Translations under genes and position numbers: made by a program
IMG/VR virus record: IMGVR_UViG_3300048025_000051
Span: 1-52,654 of that record
Length of the DNA: 52,654 nt
Strand: one strand, 5' to 3'
DNA from: a virus
Taxonomy: Duplodnaviria; Caudoviricetes
Notes under the pieces: generated by a model
The model's database searches: none
What the model was told of the DNA's origin: nothing
Seen by the model: the letters and a program-made list of their open reading frames with translations, nothing else
Shown here: positions 33,984 to 43,778 of the stretch, one piece after another
How positions within the stretch are numbered: the first letter of the stretch is position 1
Layout: every line of letters starts with the position of its first letter

Positions 33984-36900
33984 TTATACTACTTGAAACG
34001 AATAACCTTTTAACGCATCGGAAGCCTCCGCGCTCAGTGAACCATTGTGACCCGCGGCTAAACAGACGCCAGCAGTGTTAAGAGCAAGTATACCAACATC
34101 GCTAGCATCGTTTTCGTTAACAAATGCCCATTGACTTTGATTAGTACTGCAAGTTATTTGTTGCTTACCATCTATGGTTTGACCAATAGACGCGTTTGTT
34201 CTGTCTATAGTTATAACCTTATTTTCTGCATTGCTTGCTAAGCTATATGGAGATCCTTTGTAATAGTAAATACCATTAGTATCGTTACCAGGTTGGTCAC
34301 CAATTATTATAACTGTAAAAGTTAAGGTTATCGCATCTTGACCTGACATTGGGTCGCTGTTGGAGGGGAATCTAAAAAGCATAGTTGATATAGAACTAGG
34401 TGTAGTTCCAAATCCAAAAGTAAAAGCTATAGATGATTCTTCTCCACCTGCGTCTTTTAAATTTACAGTAGCCGTGTAAGTATCGTTTATATCTAAACCA
34501 CTGATAGAAGATAAAACTAAATCAGCAGCTAATAAACTTTCAGTTGATTGATTTGAGTTTTCAATTATATCAAAATTATCAGAAAAACTTTCTGCATTAT
34601 TAGTGCCAATAACGTCTACGACACGAAAACCAATATCTTCACCGGCGTTAGCTGTGTTAGCACCATTCACACCGCTTAGTGATTTTAATTTGTAGTTGTT
34701 TTGAAATGGTATTACGGTTAAATCAATAGTGGTGCCATCAGGTATTAAAGGCCCTTGTGGGTTGTAACCGTCAAAAATCTTTGGGGGTTTATTATCTAAG
34801 CTAACCGTTTTAGTTATTTGAGTTACAGACGGTTGACCGTTTTCAATAGTCAATGTTTCGTCGTCACTTAAATTAACAGTTGTATTTAACACCAATGTAG
34901 AGGTCTGATTATCATAACTAACAACCTCAACTCCACTTGGTAATGAACCACCCGTTACTGTAGCTCCAACAGCTGGTATAAAGTTAGTAGTTAAGGCATC
35001 TATAATTACATTAGTTGAATTAGTGACAACTCCATTTACATCAGCAGAGCCTTTGTTTTCAACAGAAACGCTTATGTTTATTACAAAATTTCTTTTATTA
35101 GGATCTTCACCGTACCATATATCGTCTACAAAACGTTGCTTTGTTCTTATATTCCAATCGCCAGATGTTGTTGTTTGGTAAACTTGAAGTATTTCACTCG
35201 CATCAAGAGCTTCATCTCCAGTATAAGTAATAGATTCATTTGTTAATGTTACTAAAGCAGCGTCAATAGGTGCGCCAGTTCCAGCGTCTATAACTCGAAA
35301 GTTAGCTGCTAATATATCTTGACCAGCGCTTAAGTCTTCTTCAAAAGCACTATCGTTAAAAGGAGCTATATCAGCCTCTGTGCTATTTGCAGAGTTTCTA
35401 ATAGCTTCATTTAATTCACTAATTAAACCAGCAGAAGAAGTTTCCCAATATATATCTAAATTAGATATTGTTGGTGCTGTTTCTAGTATAGCTAGATTTT
35501 CTATAGGTAAATAATCTTCTTGTGTAAAAGTAAAAATAGTGTTCGCGGCGTACGTTATAGCTTCACTAATAACAACTTCAGATGCTGCTGGATCGTAAGA
35601 AACAACAAACACATCATCAACTATATTACCTCCTGTTACTTTATAACCAGGTTCTAAAGTAAAACCTGGAGAAAAAAGAGTTAATGGTATTGTTGGGCTT
35701 GGTTGTGACTGTGCACCTGAGCCACTCGCTGTATAAGTGTTGGTATTAACAACTTCATTTAAAACTCCAAACTGTTTACTAGCATCCTGTGAAGTAACAA
35801 ATTCCCCAACAAAAGGATTAGCATCGGCTTTAAAAAATGGAGAAAAAGGACTTTCTATATCCGTAACAGGTATTTGCGCATTAACGTTGTTTTCAAATTG
35901 CTCTACATCAAACAAGTCGAAAAGATCTTCTATAGAATTTGTAGTAAAAGAAGTCCTATCAGGTTGAAATTGTTTATTACCAGTGTTGCTATATGTGTGT
36001 GTAGTATTTTCAACTCTACCAAATAATACCACGCTACTTCTAAATGTTTTATCTTGAGGTCCAACTTCTGTTAAATCTCTAGGTACTTTGTTTATATTGT
36101 CATTTAGTAAAGTTACAAAAGAAATATTAGGTGTAATTGGATCAGTAGGTGTTGGAGGACCTTTGACCGTAGATAAATAATTGTAAGGTATGTCTTTCAT
36201 AGCTCCAGCAGTATACACGTTGTAATACTCTTGCTCTTGCTGCTTAACTACTATTTTATAACTATACCAACCAAGTGGATTGTAGCCAGTGTCATTAACG
36301 TCACCGTTGTATATACCTGGCTCGTATGTATTAGTGTTTGGTCTGTTGGGACCAATAACACTATTAAAAGACATTTTTAAAGAATTACCTAACCATTCGT
36401 AAAACTCTCCTGATATATTGCTTCCGTTTATGTATGGTGAGTATACAGTGTCACCTGAAAAAGAAAGACCACCTGTGTTTATGACATTTTTATTGTTAGA
36501 TAATATAACACTAGATTGTCTGCCAAACTTATCAGAAAGCACAACTCCAACTTGATACGTTCTATTTGTTTTAACAGAACTACTAGGGTATTCTATAATA
36601 CTAGTAGTATCTAACACGCTATACGTTGGGTCTAAATCAAACGCTTTTTTCTCTCCAACGCTAACGCGGTAGTCTAATGAAGCTGGTGGAGTGTGTTTGT
36701 TTTGAAAGTTACCATATATAACTCTATTGCTAGCTGTTTCTTGAGATAAAGCTTTAACTGGAACTTTATCAAAAACTCTTATTAGCTCTGATTCGGGCAG
36801 TGTTTTAAAAGGTTTTTTATTTATATACTTATAATCATAATAAGTATCGCTACCGCTTAAAGCTGAAATTCTAGATGCTGGTACGGTCTCAACAACCTGA

Positions 36901-38201
36901 ACAGCTAAACCATCTGACTCTTTAAATAGTATATCTATTTCTTTTACCAAGTATTGAGAAGACATTGAATTAGCAGCTGATGGTAGCGGTATTCGTAGAG
37001 TTATTTCACTTACTTTATTTTTCATGAAATCAACAATAGTAGATGCAAATGTACTTTGTTGATCACCTAAATCTTGCTCTGTGTTTAAAAAATAACCATC
37101 TTGTTTTGGTATAAAGCATGGTTGAGTAAACGGAGCATATATAGAATATTCACCATCATTAAACTTAAATCTATAACTAAATCTTACAAACCTATCTTCT
37201 AAAAACCTAGAGTCTCCAGCATACGAACTATCGTAATATGGATTAAAATTAAAAACAAGTGTGTCACCAGTTCCAACTGTTATGTTTTGATCTAGTGTTA
37301 AAGTTGTACCTGAGTATGAATCTACTAAAACTGTAGAATTAACTATAGGGCCATTACCGTTAGTTGAAGCGGCTATAACACCTACAGTCATAAATTCTTG
37401 TGGTGTTTTTACTGTTGAGGCGCTTTGCCTAGTAGGGAAAAAAGGTATGTTTATTTGATCTATATCAACAGTTGTTGAGTTGGTAACACCAGTAACCACA
37501 CTAGCTGTTCCACCTCCTGGATAAAACTTACTTACAACATCGCGCATTGTAGTGTCGTACTCGCCTGAAGCTGGTGCAAGAAGCGGGTTATCATCAATCC
37601 TTTCACTGTCAATTTGTTGATACAGCTCTATAGGTTGATAAGGATTATACGAGGCAACTGATATCTGATCTTCAGTCGTATAATATGTGTTTGCATTTTC
37701 AGGATTAGATGCGGTTGCTACGTTTATTTTTCTAGGTTGATTAAAGTTATCAGTCCAAAACAATAAATTTTCTATTAAATTTATACCGTATATAGGATAG
37801 TTTTTAGAGAAATTTAAAAATGCTCCAGAAACTATTTTAACAGGCGGAGCTGGACTGTTTGTGTTGTATTTATATATAAAATGATTAGAACCACTATTAT
37901 CGGCAGTAACAAAATCATCACCCCCAACACGTGTACCATCAGTTAAAAAAACATATATACAGTTGCTAGTTTCATCTGTTACATAACCTATACAAGTCAA
38001 GTCATTAGAATAACTCTGCCCGTCTTCAAAAGTAGCTTGCACAGAGTTACCTAAAACATTTTCTAAAGCACCAACATCTGAACCTTCAGATCTACTCACC
38101 TGAGCGTTTATAGCATTTCTATATTCACCATTAGGAACAAGCCTAGCATCTAGGTCTTTGTTCATTTTAGATTGAATAAAAGCGTTTTTAACTTCTGCCA
38201 T
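33984..38201 (-). CDS. Tail nozzle/stabilisation protein, N-terminal-type part
   Basis: MNKDLDARLVPNGEYRNAIN, LLFWTDNFNQPRKIN, NRVIYGNF, RTYQVGVVLSDKFGRQS. Confidence 0.7.
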   Translation of the reverse strand: MAEVKNAFIQSKMNKDLDARLVPNGEYRNAINAQVSRSEGSDVGALENVLGNSVQATFEDGQSYSNDLTCIGYVTDETSNCIYVFLTDGTRVGGDDFVTADNSGSNHFIYKYNTNSPAPPVKIVSGAFLNFSKNYPIYGINLIENLLFWTDNFNQPRKINVATASNPENANTYYTTEDQISVASYNPYQPIELYQQIDSERIDDNPLLAPASGEYDTTMRDVVSKFYPGGGTASVVTGVTNSTTVDIDQINIPFFPTRQSASTVKTPQEFMTVGVIAASTNGNGPIVNSTVLVDSYSGTTLTLDQNITVGTGDTLVFNFNPYYDSSYAGDSRFLEDRFVRFSYRFKFNDGEYSIYAPFTQPCFIPKQDGYFLNTEQDLGDQQSTFASTIVDFMKNKVSEITLRIPLPSAANSMSSQYLVKEIDILFKESDGLAVQVVETVPASRISALSGSDTYYDYKYINKKPFKTLPESELIRVFDKVPVKALSQETASNRVIYGNFQNKHTPPASLDYRVSVGEKKAFDLDPTYSVLDTTSIIEYPSSSVKTNRTYQVGVVLSDKFGRQSSVILSNNKNVINTGGLSFSGDTVYSPYINGSNISGEFYEWLGNSLKMSFNSVIGPNRPNTNTYEPGIYNGDVNDTGYNPLGWYSYKIVVKQQEQEYYNVYTAGAMKDIPYNYLSTVKGPPTPTDPITPNISFVTLLNDNINKVPRDLTEVGPQDKTFRSSVVLFGRVENTTHTYSNTGNKQFQPDRTSFTTNSIEDLFDLFDVEQFENNVNAQIPVTDIESPFSPFFKADANPFVGEFVTSQDASKQFGVLNEVVNTNTYTASGSGAQSQPSPTIPLTLFSPGFTLEPGYKVTGGNIVDDVFVVSYDPAASEVVISEAITYAANTIFTFTQEDYLPIENLAILETAPTISNLDIYWETSSAGLISELNEAIRNSANSTEADIAPFNDSAFEEDLSAGQDILAANFRVIDAGTGAPIDAALVTLTNESITYTGDEALDASEILQVYQTTTSGDWNIRTKQRFVDDIWYGEDPNKRNFVINISVSVENKGSADVNGVVTNSTNVIIDALTTNFIPAVGATVTGGSLPSGVEVVSYDNQTSTLVLNTTVNLSDDETLTIENGQPSVTQITKTVSLDNKPPKIFDGYNPQGPLIPDGTTIDLTVIPFQNNYKLKSLSGVNGANTANAGEDIGFRVVDVIGTNNAESFSDNFDIIENSNQSTESLLAADLVLSSISGLDINDTYTATVNLKDAGGEESSIAFTFGFGTTPSSISTMLFRFPSNSDPMSGQDAITLTFTVIIIGDQPGNDTNGIYYYKGSPYSLASNAENKVITIDRTNASIGQTIDGKQQITCSTNQSQWAFVNENDASDVGILALNTAGVCLAAGHNGSLSAEASDALKGYSFQVV

Positions 38202-38207
38202 TTAATT

Positions 38208-39416
38208 CTAGTGTTTTAACCATTTAGACTTACCACGCATAACTTGTACTATTTCATTTAACTTTATGTTAGACAAACGTAGTTTAGTATTTCTAAGCTT
38301 AGTACTAGCTTCTCGCTTTAATCTTTGTACTATATATTCTGGTTGATTTATTCTGCTAGCAATTACCGCATGACTAATGTAAGCATACATAGCTTCTTCC
38401 GCTAGCTTAGGAACTCTTGTTTCAATGTCTGTAGATAATCCATCCGATATATATTCAAACACAATTATTCTATCTACAAGGTTTGCAGAGAAAGATATTT
38501 TACCTTCTCTATCATTTATAGTGAAATAACCATTTGCATTAGCGTATTGAGGATCAAGACCATACATTTGACCATAACCAACCTCAGGCCAGCCATAGTA
38601 ATATTCCCAACCAGCTATAGTATTATCTACTAAATCTTTGTTATTTTTAAAGAAGTTGTGTTTCCATCTATCTTCCACTATTGATGTACCTTCAATATTG
38701 TTTTCAAAGTTATCTTGCGTAGGTACTCCTTGCCCATCTTGTAGTGGTAAACTATAAGGATCACTAGTTAAATTATTACTAGGCATTATAATATGCTTAA
38801 CACCTTGATTATCAACCCAGTGTATATTAACGTAGTTAACGTAATCTTGAGGTAGTATAATGCTTAAGTTATGAGGTACAGTTAGCTCTTGAGAGTTTAC
38901 GCTTTTCAACGTATCATAGCTAAACTCTTGCATAGCTCGTTTAGCATGGAATATAACGTCTGTTCTTTTTACGTCTTGTATTAACTTACCAGAACCTACG
39001 TATGCTATTAAAAAATTATTAACTATATCACCTAGCTTTGTATAAGCATAAGATCCGTAGTTTTCTTCTACAACATTACCATAAGCTTTATCACTAATGT
39101 TGTTACCATAGTTACCACCATCTAGCTTTTTAAGCTGAACTACGATAAACAAGTTATTAGCAGGTGAGGCGTCAAATGTAATAACGTTTCTAGCTACTGA
39201 GTAATTACCTACAACTTCAGTCCAAGTCCCAGGTATACCAGTTGCGCTAGTGTATATTTTAAAATTATTTTTTTGGTAATTTATATCAGCTGGTAAAGCA
39301 GATCCAAAAACTAAATCAGTATTGAAAGTGGTTGTAAATGTTTTAGTATCACCATCACCTCTAAAGCCTTGAGCGCCTTCGTAATATTGCCTATTGTTTT
39401 CTGTTAGTAATGACAT
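38208..39416 (-). CDS. Tail/neck ring structural protein
   Basis: LPQDYVNYV, FEYISDG; position after the adaptor gene. Confidence 0.6.
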   Translation of the reverse strand: MSLLTENNRQYYEGAQGFRGDGDTKTFTTTFNTDLVFGSALPADINYQKNNFKIYTSATGIPGTWTEVVGNYSVARNVITFDASPANNLFIVVQLKKLDGGNYGNNISDKAYGNVVEENYGSYAYTKLGDIVNNFLIAYVGSGKLIQDVKRTDVIFHAKRAMQEFSYDTLKSVNSQELTVPHNLSIILPQDYVNYVNIHWVDNQGVKHIIMPSNNLTSDPYSLPLQDGQGVPTQDNFENNIEGTSIVEDRWKHNFFKNNKDLVDNTIAGWEYYYGWPEVGYGQMYGLDPQYANANGYFTINDREGKISFSANLVDRIIVFEYISDGLSTDIETRVPKLAEEAMYAYISHAVIASRINQPEYIVQRLKREASTKLRNTKLRLSNIKLNEIVQVMRGKSKWLKH

Positions 39417-39419
39417 TTA

Positions 39420-40169
39420 TTAACTTTTTGAGTTTACTTCTTCAGCTTGCACAGCTTGTTGTGCAGCTTGAACTATTTGAGGATCTCTTATTACTATACC
39501 TGAGTAAGCTAATATTCTTAATATAACCTCAACTTGCTCAGTGTTATCAAGTTCAAATTGAACAGAAGCACTTGAGCTGTAAACGTAGTTACCTAAAAGA
39601 GGATTTAAAGTAAAGCCCCAGACAACATCTGCAGGTTTTCTTATATAAGATATAGTTATATCACTAGATTTGTTTATAGATGTAGGGTATACATATATAT
39701 TAGGTTGACTAGTAACACCACCGCCAGTGCCTTGTGTAGCTTGCTCGTATAAATATACTGGAAATTGCTCAGTGGGTTTAGTTAGTGGAGATAAGTTTAT
39801 ATGTAGAAAATCATTTCTACTTACTCTCTGCAGTTCTTTTTCGTTATTGTATATAACAGTACCTATTCTATGTAAATCACTAGGAGATGCGAAATAAGCA
39901 TCAGCGTTTGCTGGGGTTGTATAAGTTGTATTACCTACTGTTTTAAATATAGATATAAGATTATCTACATTTTTTTGACGATTAGCGTATTCGTTATCAG
40001 TCTGTGGCACACGCAACTGTTGGTTCATATCTTCAAAGTAATTTTCAAAAATATCGAGCTGTACCTGTGTTGCTAACTTATTAAACTCATCAGGGGTTAT
40101 GTAACCTCTTTGTTCTTTGTTTAAAATAGACAACACTGTCGTGTAAACAGTATTTACGTTTATTGCCAT
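39420..40169 (-). CDS. Head-tail adaptor / ring protein
   Basis: LNKEQRGYITPDEFN, YIRKP; position downstream of the capsid genes. Confidence 0.6.
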   Translation of the reverse strand: MAINVNTVYTTVLSILNKEQRGYITPDEFNKLATQVQLDIFENYFEDMNQQLRVPQTDNEYANRQKNVDNLISIFKTVGNTTYTTPANADAYFASPSDLHRIGTVIYNNEKELQRVSRNDFLHINLSPLTKPTEQFPVYLYEQATQGTGGGVTSQPNIYVYPTSINKSSDITISYIRKPADVVWGFTLNPLLGNYVYSSSASVQFELDNTEQVEVILRILAYSGIVIRDPQIVQAAQQAVQAEEVNSKS

Positions 40170-40216
40170 TTATATTTGTTTTAAGTATTAGGGCCCGAGT
40201 GAACGAGCCCTATACT

Positions 40217-40245
40217 ATTGTTACATGTTATTTTAACTTTTTCTC
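40217..40245 (-). promoter_or_regulatory. Putative class-II promoter followed by a hairpin (40189-40212)
   Basis: GAGAAAAA-N12-TGTAACAAT; TAGGGC/GCCCTA stem in the leader. Confidence 0.4.
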
Positions 40246-40998
40246 GATAGACTTAAAGACCTCTACGCCTTCATCAGTCTTAAAGAAAGCTGCCATAGCA
40301 GAGTATGGGTTTTCTTCAAATGGAACACTCATAAGCTTCTTACCATTTGATGCCCAAGTAAACGAACGTTGGTCTTGAGCTAGCTTTATAATCTTAGCTT
40401 CAGTAGCTAATATTGCAAAGTTTCTAAGCTGAACGTTTTCATCTTTAGCTAACTCTAAAAACAAAACTGGGTTTTGTCTAGCGAAAATAAGCGAATCTCT
40501 TTTTAATTCTTTAGAAGACATTGTGCTAACTTTGCTACCAACTTCAACTCTCATTATAGCTTCTAGATGTTCTACCTCCATACCTCTAGCTGCATTGAGA
40601 GCGTCAATTTGCAACTCCATCATATCAAGCTCATTTTTAGCTTCAATTTTAGAGTCAAACTCTTTGTATCTTTTGTTTCTCATAGGGTGATACAAAGATA
40701 AAAGCTTTTGTAAAGCTTGCTGGTTTTTACGAACTACTAACGCACCATCTTTAAAAAGTATAGTGCCTAAAGTTGCTTCTCCATCTTGCTCATCTTTAAA
40801 TGGGCTGTTCATGTTTGTAGCAAACCTAAGTTCTCTTGTTGTTTGATTTGATTCGTCGTACCATAATAAAGGTTTTTTTGCACTGTGTTTAGATGGTATT
40901 CTAAACGTTAGTGGTTTATATTGACCTGTTACAAAATACGTTCTATCTTTAATTTCCCAACCTTTTTCTACGCTTGGGACTTCTTTTTCTTTTGACAT
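40228..40998 (-). CDS. Hypothetical virion-module protein
   Basis: 256-aa ORF directly after the major capsid gene. Confidence 0.7.
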   Translation of the reverse strand: MSKEKEVPSVEKGWEIKDRTYFVTGQYKPLTFRIPSKHSAKKPLLWYDESNQTTRELRFATNMNSPFKDEQDGEATLGTILFKDGALVVRKNQQALQKLLSLYHPMRNKRYKEFDSKIEAKNELDMMELQIDALNAARGMEVEHLEAIMRVEVGSKVSTMSSKELKRDSLIFARQNPVLFLELAKDENVQLRNFAILATEAKIIKLAQDQRSFTWASNGKKLMSVPFEENPYSAMAAFFKTDEGVEVFKSIEKKLK

Positions 40999-41031
40999 AA
41001 TATAATATAATAAAATTGATAAAAGTAATAA

Positions 41032-41058
41032 TTACCCCCGTCGGTAAGACGAGGGTAA
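41032..41058 (-). terminator. Hairpin/terminator after the major capsid gene
   Basis: TTACCCTCGTC-TTACC-GACGGGGGTAA on the - strand, followed by TTATTACTTTT. Confidence 0.65.
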
Positions 41059-41076
41059 ATACTACATAACTAATTA

Positions 41077-42537
41077 CTACTTAGTAAACAATACAAAGTT
41101 GTTAGCACCTTGTACACATAAACATCTTTCAGATAAGAAGTTTACTTCCATCGCGTCAAGATCAGATGTGTAAGCACCGCCAACAGATCCAGTCAACCAA
41201 GACTTCATACGACGATCGTCAGTCTGTGACGCTCTATATCGTACGTGTAAGAATGGACGACGTATGTTGCTACCAAGAACTTGATCGTATACAGTTGATG
41301 TACCAGCTGGAATCAAAACTCCATCAATAGCACTTACACCGTATCCTCCAGCTCCATTATCAATAGCACCACGGGTAGAAGCATCATTTAGATATTTCCA
41401 GTCAGTCTTATAGAAATCGTAAGAACCTCTACGGAAACCGCTAAAACCTAAGTTTAACGCCATATCTTCAGAGTTTTCAAACAAACCATAAGCAGTACCG
41501 CCATTACCACCATCAGAAACCCCAGCGAGCATATCGTCAAATCCTAGCGCAGTTTCGCGATTTAAGAAAAGCATGTTTTCTTCAATAGCTCCTTGAGTAT
41601 CTAGGTTTCTAAGAATGTCATCAAACGAACCAAGTTGGCCAGTTCCTACATTGTAACCAGCTTCTACGTTACCACGGTCTTTAATAGCAGCAAACAAACC
41701 TTGCGTACCTTTAAAATTTGCAGTTTCAGCAGCAGAACCAGTAGCAGCTTTTTCACCTTCAACCACGCTCATTTCAAGATAATCTTCGAAACGTAAGCGA
41801 GTTTCAGATTCAGCTTTTAGATACCATAGATATCCTCCAGTTCCATCTTCAGTAGCAACTTCAACCCAACCAATCTGAGCAGTGTCAGAACCAGAAACAA
41901 CATATTTGCTTCGAATAATAATTGGTGAATTAGAAAATTGAGTAAAAGAAGGATCTACACTTACATAACCACTAGTATTAGCGGCTGAGTAGTTTGGTGT
42001 AGAAGAACCTTTGTCGTATTCAGAACCGTATACAAACATTTTTACGCCAGTTCCAGCTAGACTAGATGTATTTGCAGCTGTATAAGGAGCTACTGTTACA
42101 ACAGCACCAACACCTACCGTACCGATATCAGAACCAGTTACTACAGCTTTTAGCTCAGCACCTAGCTTATCAATAAGTACAACTGTAGAATTTACAGAAA
42201 TAACATTGTTTACTCCGGCTTGAAGCGGAATAGTAATAGCATTAGCACCATCATTAGTACAGTCGTCGTATGCGATGTGTAAACGGTTTTGTTCAGACCA
42301 GATAACCTGATCAGAAGTCATAGGCATTTCAGCTCCTACCATACGTAAGAAACCAGATAACGTGCGGTTTCCATAGCGCTCTACTTCTTGTTCGTAGATC
42401 TCAGGTAGATACTGTTGTGCGAATGTATCAGAATCGCCAGCACCAGATCCTCCGTTAAACGAAAGGAAGTTAGTATCTAGCAATTGTTGTGATTGACTTG
42501 GGACAATACTCCCAAATAAAGGACTTATAGTAGCCAT
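41077..42537 (-). CDS. Major capsid protein
   Basis: 486 aa after the scaffold; QQYLPEIYE, W.EQ.RLH, TQGLFAAI, ERCLCVQGANNF; followed by a terminator. Confidence 0.85.
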   Translation of the reverse strand: MATISPLFGSIVPSQSQQLLDTNFLSFNGGSGAGDSDTFAQQYLPEIYEQEVERYGNRTLSGFLRMVGAEMPMTSDQVIWSEQNRLHIAYDDCTNDGANAITIPLQAGVNNVISVNSTVVLIDKLGAELKAVVTGSDIGTVGVGAVVTVAPYTAANTSSLAGTGVKMFVYGSEYDKGSSTPNYSAANTSGYVSVDPSFTQFSNSPIIIRSKYVVSGSDTAQIGWVEVATEDGTGGYLWYLKAESETRLRFEDYLEMSVVEGEKAATGSAAETANFKGTQGLFAAIKDRGNVEAGYNVGTGQLGSFDDILRNLDTQGAIEENMLFLNRETALGFDDMLAGVSDGGNGGTAYGLFENSEDMALNLGFSGFRRGSYDFYKTDWKYLNDASTRGAIDNGAGGYGVSAIDGVLIPAGTSTVYDQVLGSNIRRPFLHVRYRASQTDDRRMKSWLTGSVGGAYTSDLDAMEVNFLSERCLCVQGANNFVLFTK

Positions 42538-42548
42538 AATTATTTATT

Positions 42549-43745
42549 TTATTTTTTTATTGTTATTTTTTTAACTTTTAATTTTGAAGAGTCAACACCA
42601 CTAATAGCTTTAACTTTTAATCCATTAACAAATACTTCACCCTGTGCTGATTGTCTTGGTTCTGTCGAGATGTTTTTCGACTTAGCCATTACATCTTTAA
42701 CAGCGTCAGCTTTTCCTTGCTCATAGAAATGGTTAGCAATAGTGTCAACATTTTTAGCAGCATAGATAGCTTTGTGGTAACCTGGTGCATCAACAACTTC
42801 TCCTTTATCATTTAAGAACGTCTTAATGAAATTACTTATGTCGTTTTGCTCTTTAGCTACTTGATCTGGATTCTTTACACCATATCTAAACTTTTTATTT
42901 CCAACGTTGAAATCAAAACCTTTGAAATCATTTGAAAAATAACTAGATGTTTTGTTTAAAAAATCCTCATTAACCTTCTTTGCTTGTGCTTGCTCTTCAC
43001 TATAGCGATTGAAAAAGTCTACAGCTTTTTGTTGTTCTTGGGTTACGCCTGGTCTCAACTTGATCTCATCGTAGTACTTACCCTTTAGTCCTTCCAAAAA
43101 GCTTTTGGCCTTTCCAACTTCTTCTTTAAACGCAATTTTCTTCTTGCGTATATCTTTATCCTCGTCTAATTCTTCATCATAATCAAAGTCTTCTAATAAA
43201 AGACTTACATCCTCATGATCAAGATGCGGTCGTGTTTGTTTATAATATTCTCTAACTAACGTATTGTTATCTACGTTAGAGTAATCTGCGTTAAGCCGCA
43301 CGTAATCAGCGACTGTACCACCAGTTTCTTCCATGAACGAAACTAGCTTTTCAATATTTTCTGGTAGCGGTTTACCTGTTTGCTCCGCTTTTTCTACAGC
43401 TTTTTCTACAGCTTGTACAGTTTCATTAACTTCTTCTTCATCAACTAATGTTAATGGAGATTCTACTGCTTCTTCGGTGGCCCGTATTTCTTCAACCACT
43501 TCTTTGCTGTCGCCACTGTCTTCGGGCTTTTCGACAATAGCATTGCTATCATCTGTCTCTTGTGTTTGAACGGCATCTTCTTTTTTTATTTCTACTTTAG
43601 TAACTTCAGGTATAACTTCACCTTGCGCTTCAACCGATGTTTTTGGTATTTCAACTTTAGTTACTTTATTTGCTTTACCTAAGTTTTTAGGTTTAGAAGG
43701 AGTTTTCATCTTAAACTCTCCTTCTTGTTTTACTTCTTCTGACAT
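42549..43745 (-). CDS. Capsid scaffolding protein
   Basis: Acidic low-complexity N-terminus, helical core, HFYEQGKADA; between portal and capsid genes. Confidence 0.7.
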   Translation of the reverse strand: MSEEVKQEGEFKMKTPSKPKNLGKANKVTKVEIPKTSVEAQGEVIPEVTKVEIKKEDAVQTQETDDSNAIVEKPEDSGDSKEVVEEIRATEEAVESPLTLVDEEEVNETVQAVEKAVEKAEQTGKPLPENIEKLVSFMEETGGTVADYVRLNADYSNVDNNTLVREYYKQTRPHLDHEDVSLLLEDFDYDEELDEDKDIRKKKIAFKEEVGKAKSFLEGLKGKYYDEIKLRPGVTQEQQKAVDFFNRYSEEQAQAKKVNEDFLNKTSSYFSNDFKGFDFNVGNKKFRYGVKNPDQVAKEQNDISNFIKTFLNDKGEVVDAPGYHKAIYAAKNVDTIANHFYEQGKADAVKDVMAKSKNISTEPRQSAQGEVFVNGLKVKAISGVDSSKLKVKKITIKK

Positions 43746-43778
43746 AATATAATATAATTAAATAATTAAAAGTTTTTT

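Noticed and set aside
41024-41032. AGTAATAAT on the + strand as a class-II promoter
   Set aside because: Antisense to the operon and coincides with the terminator tail. It shows the short box can arise by chance, so the weaker class-II calls carry low confidence.
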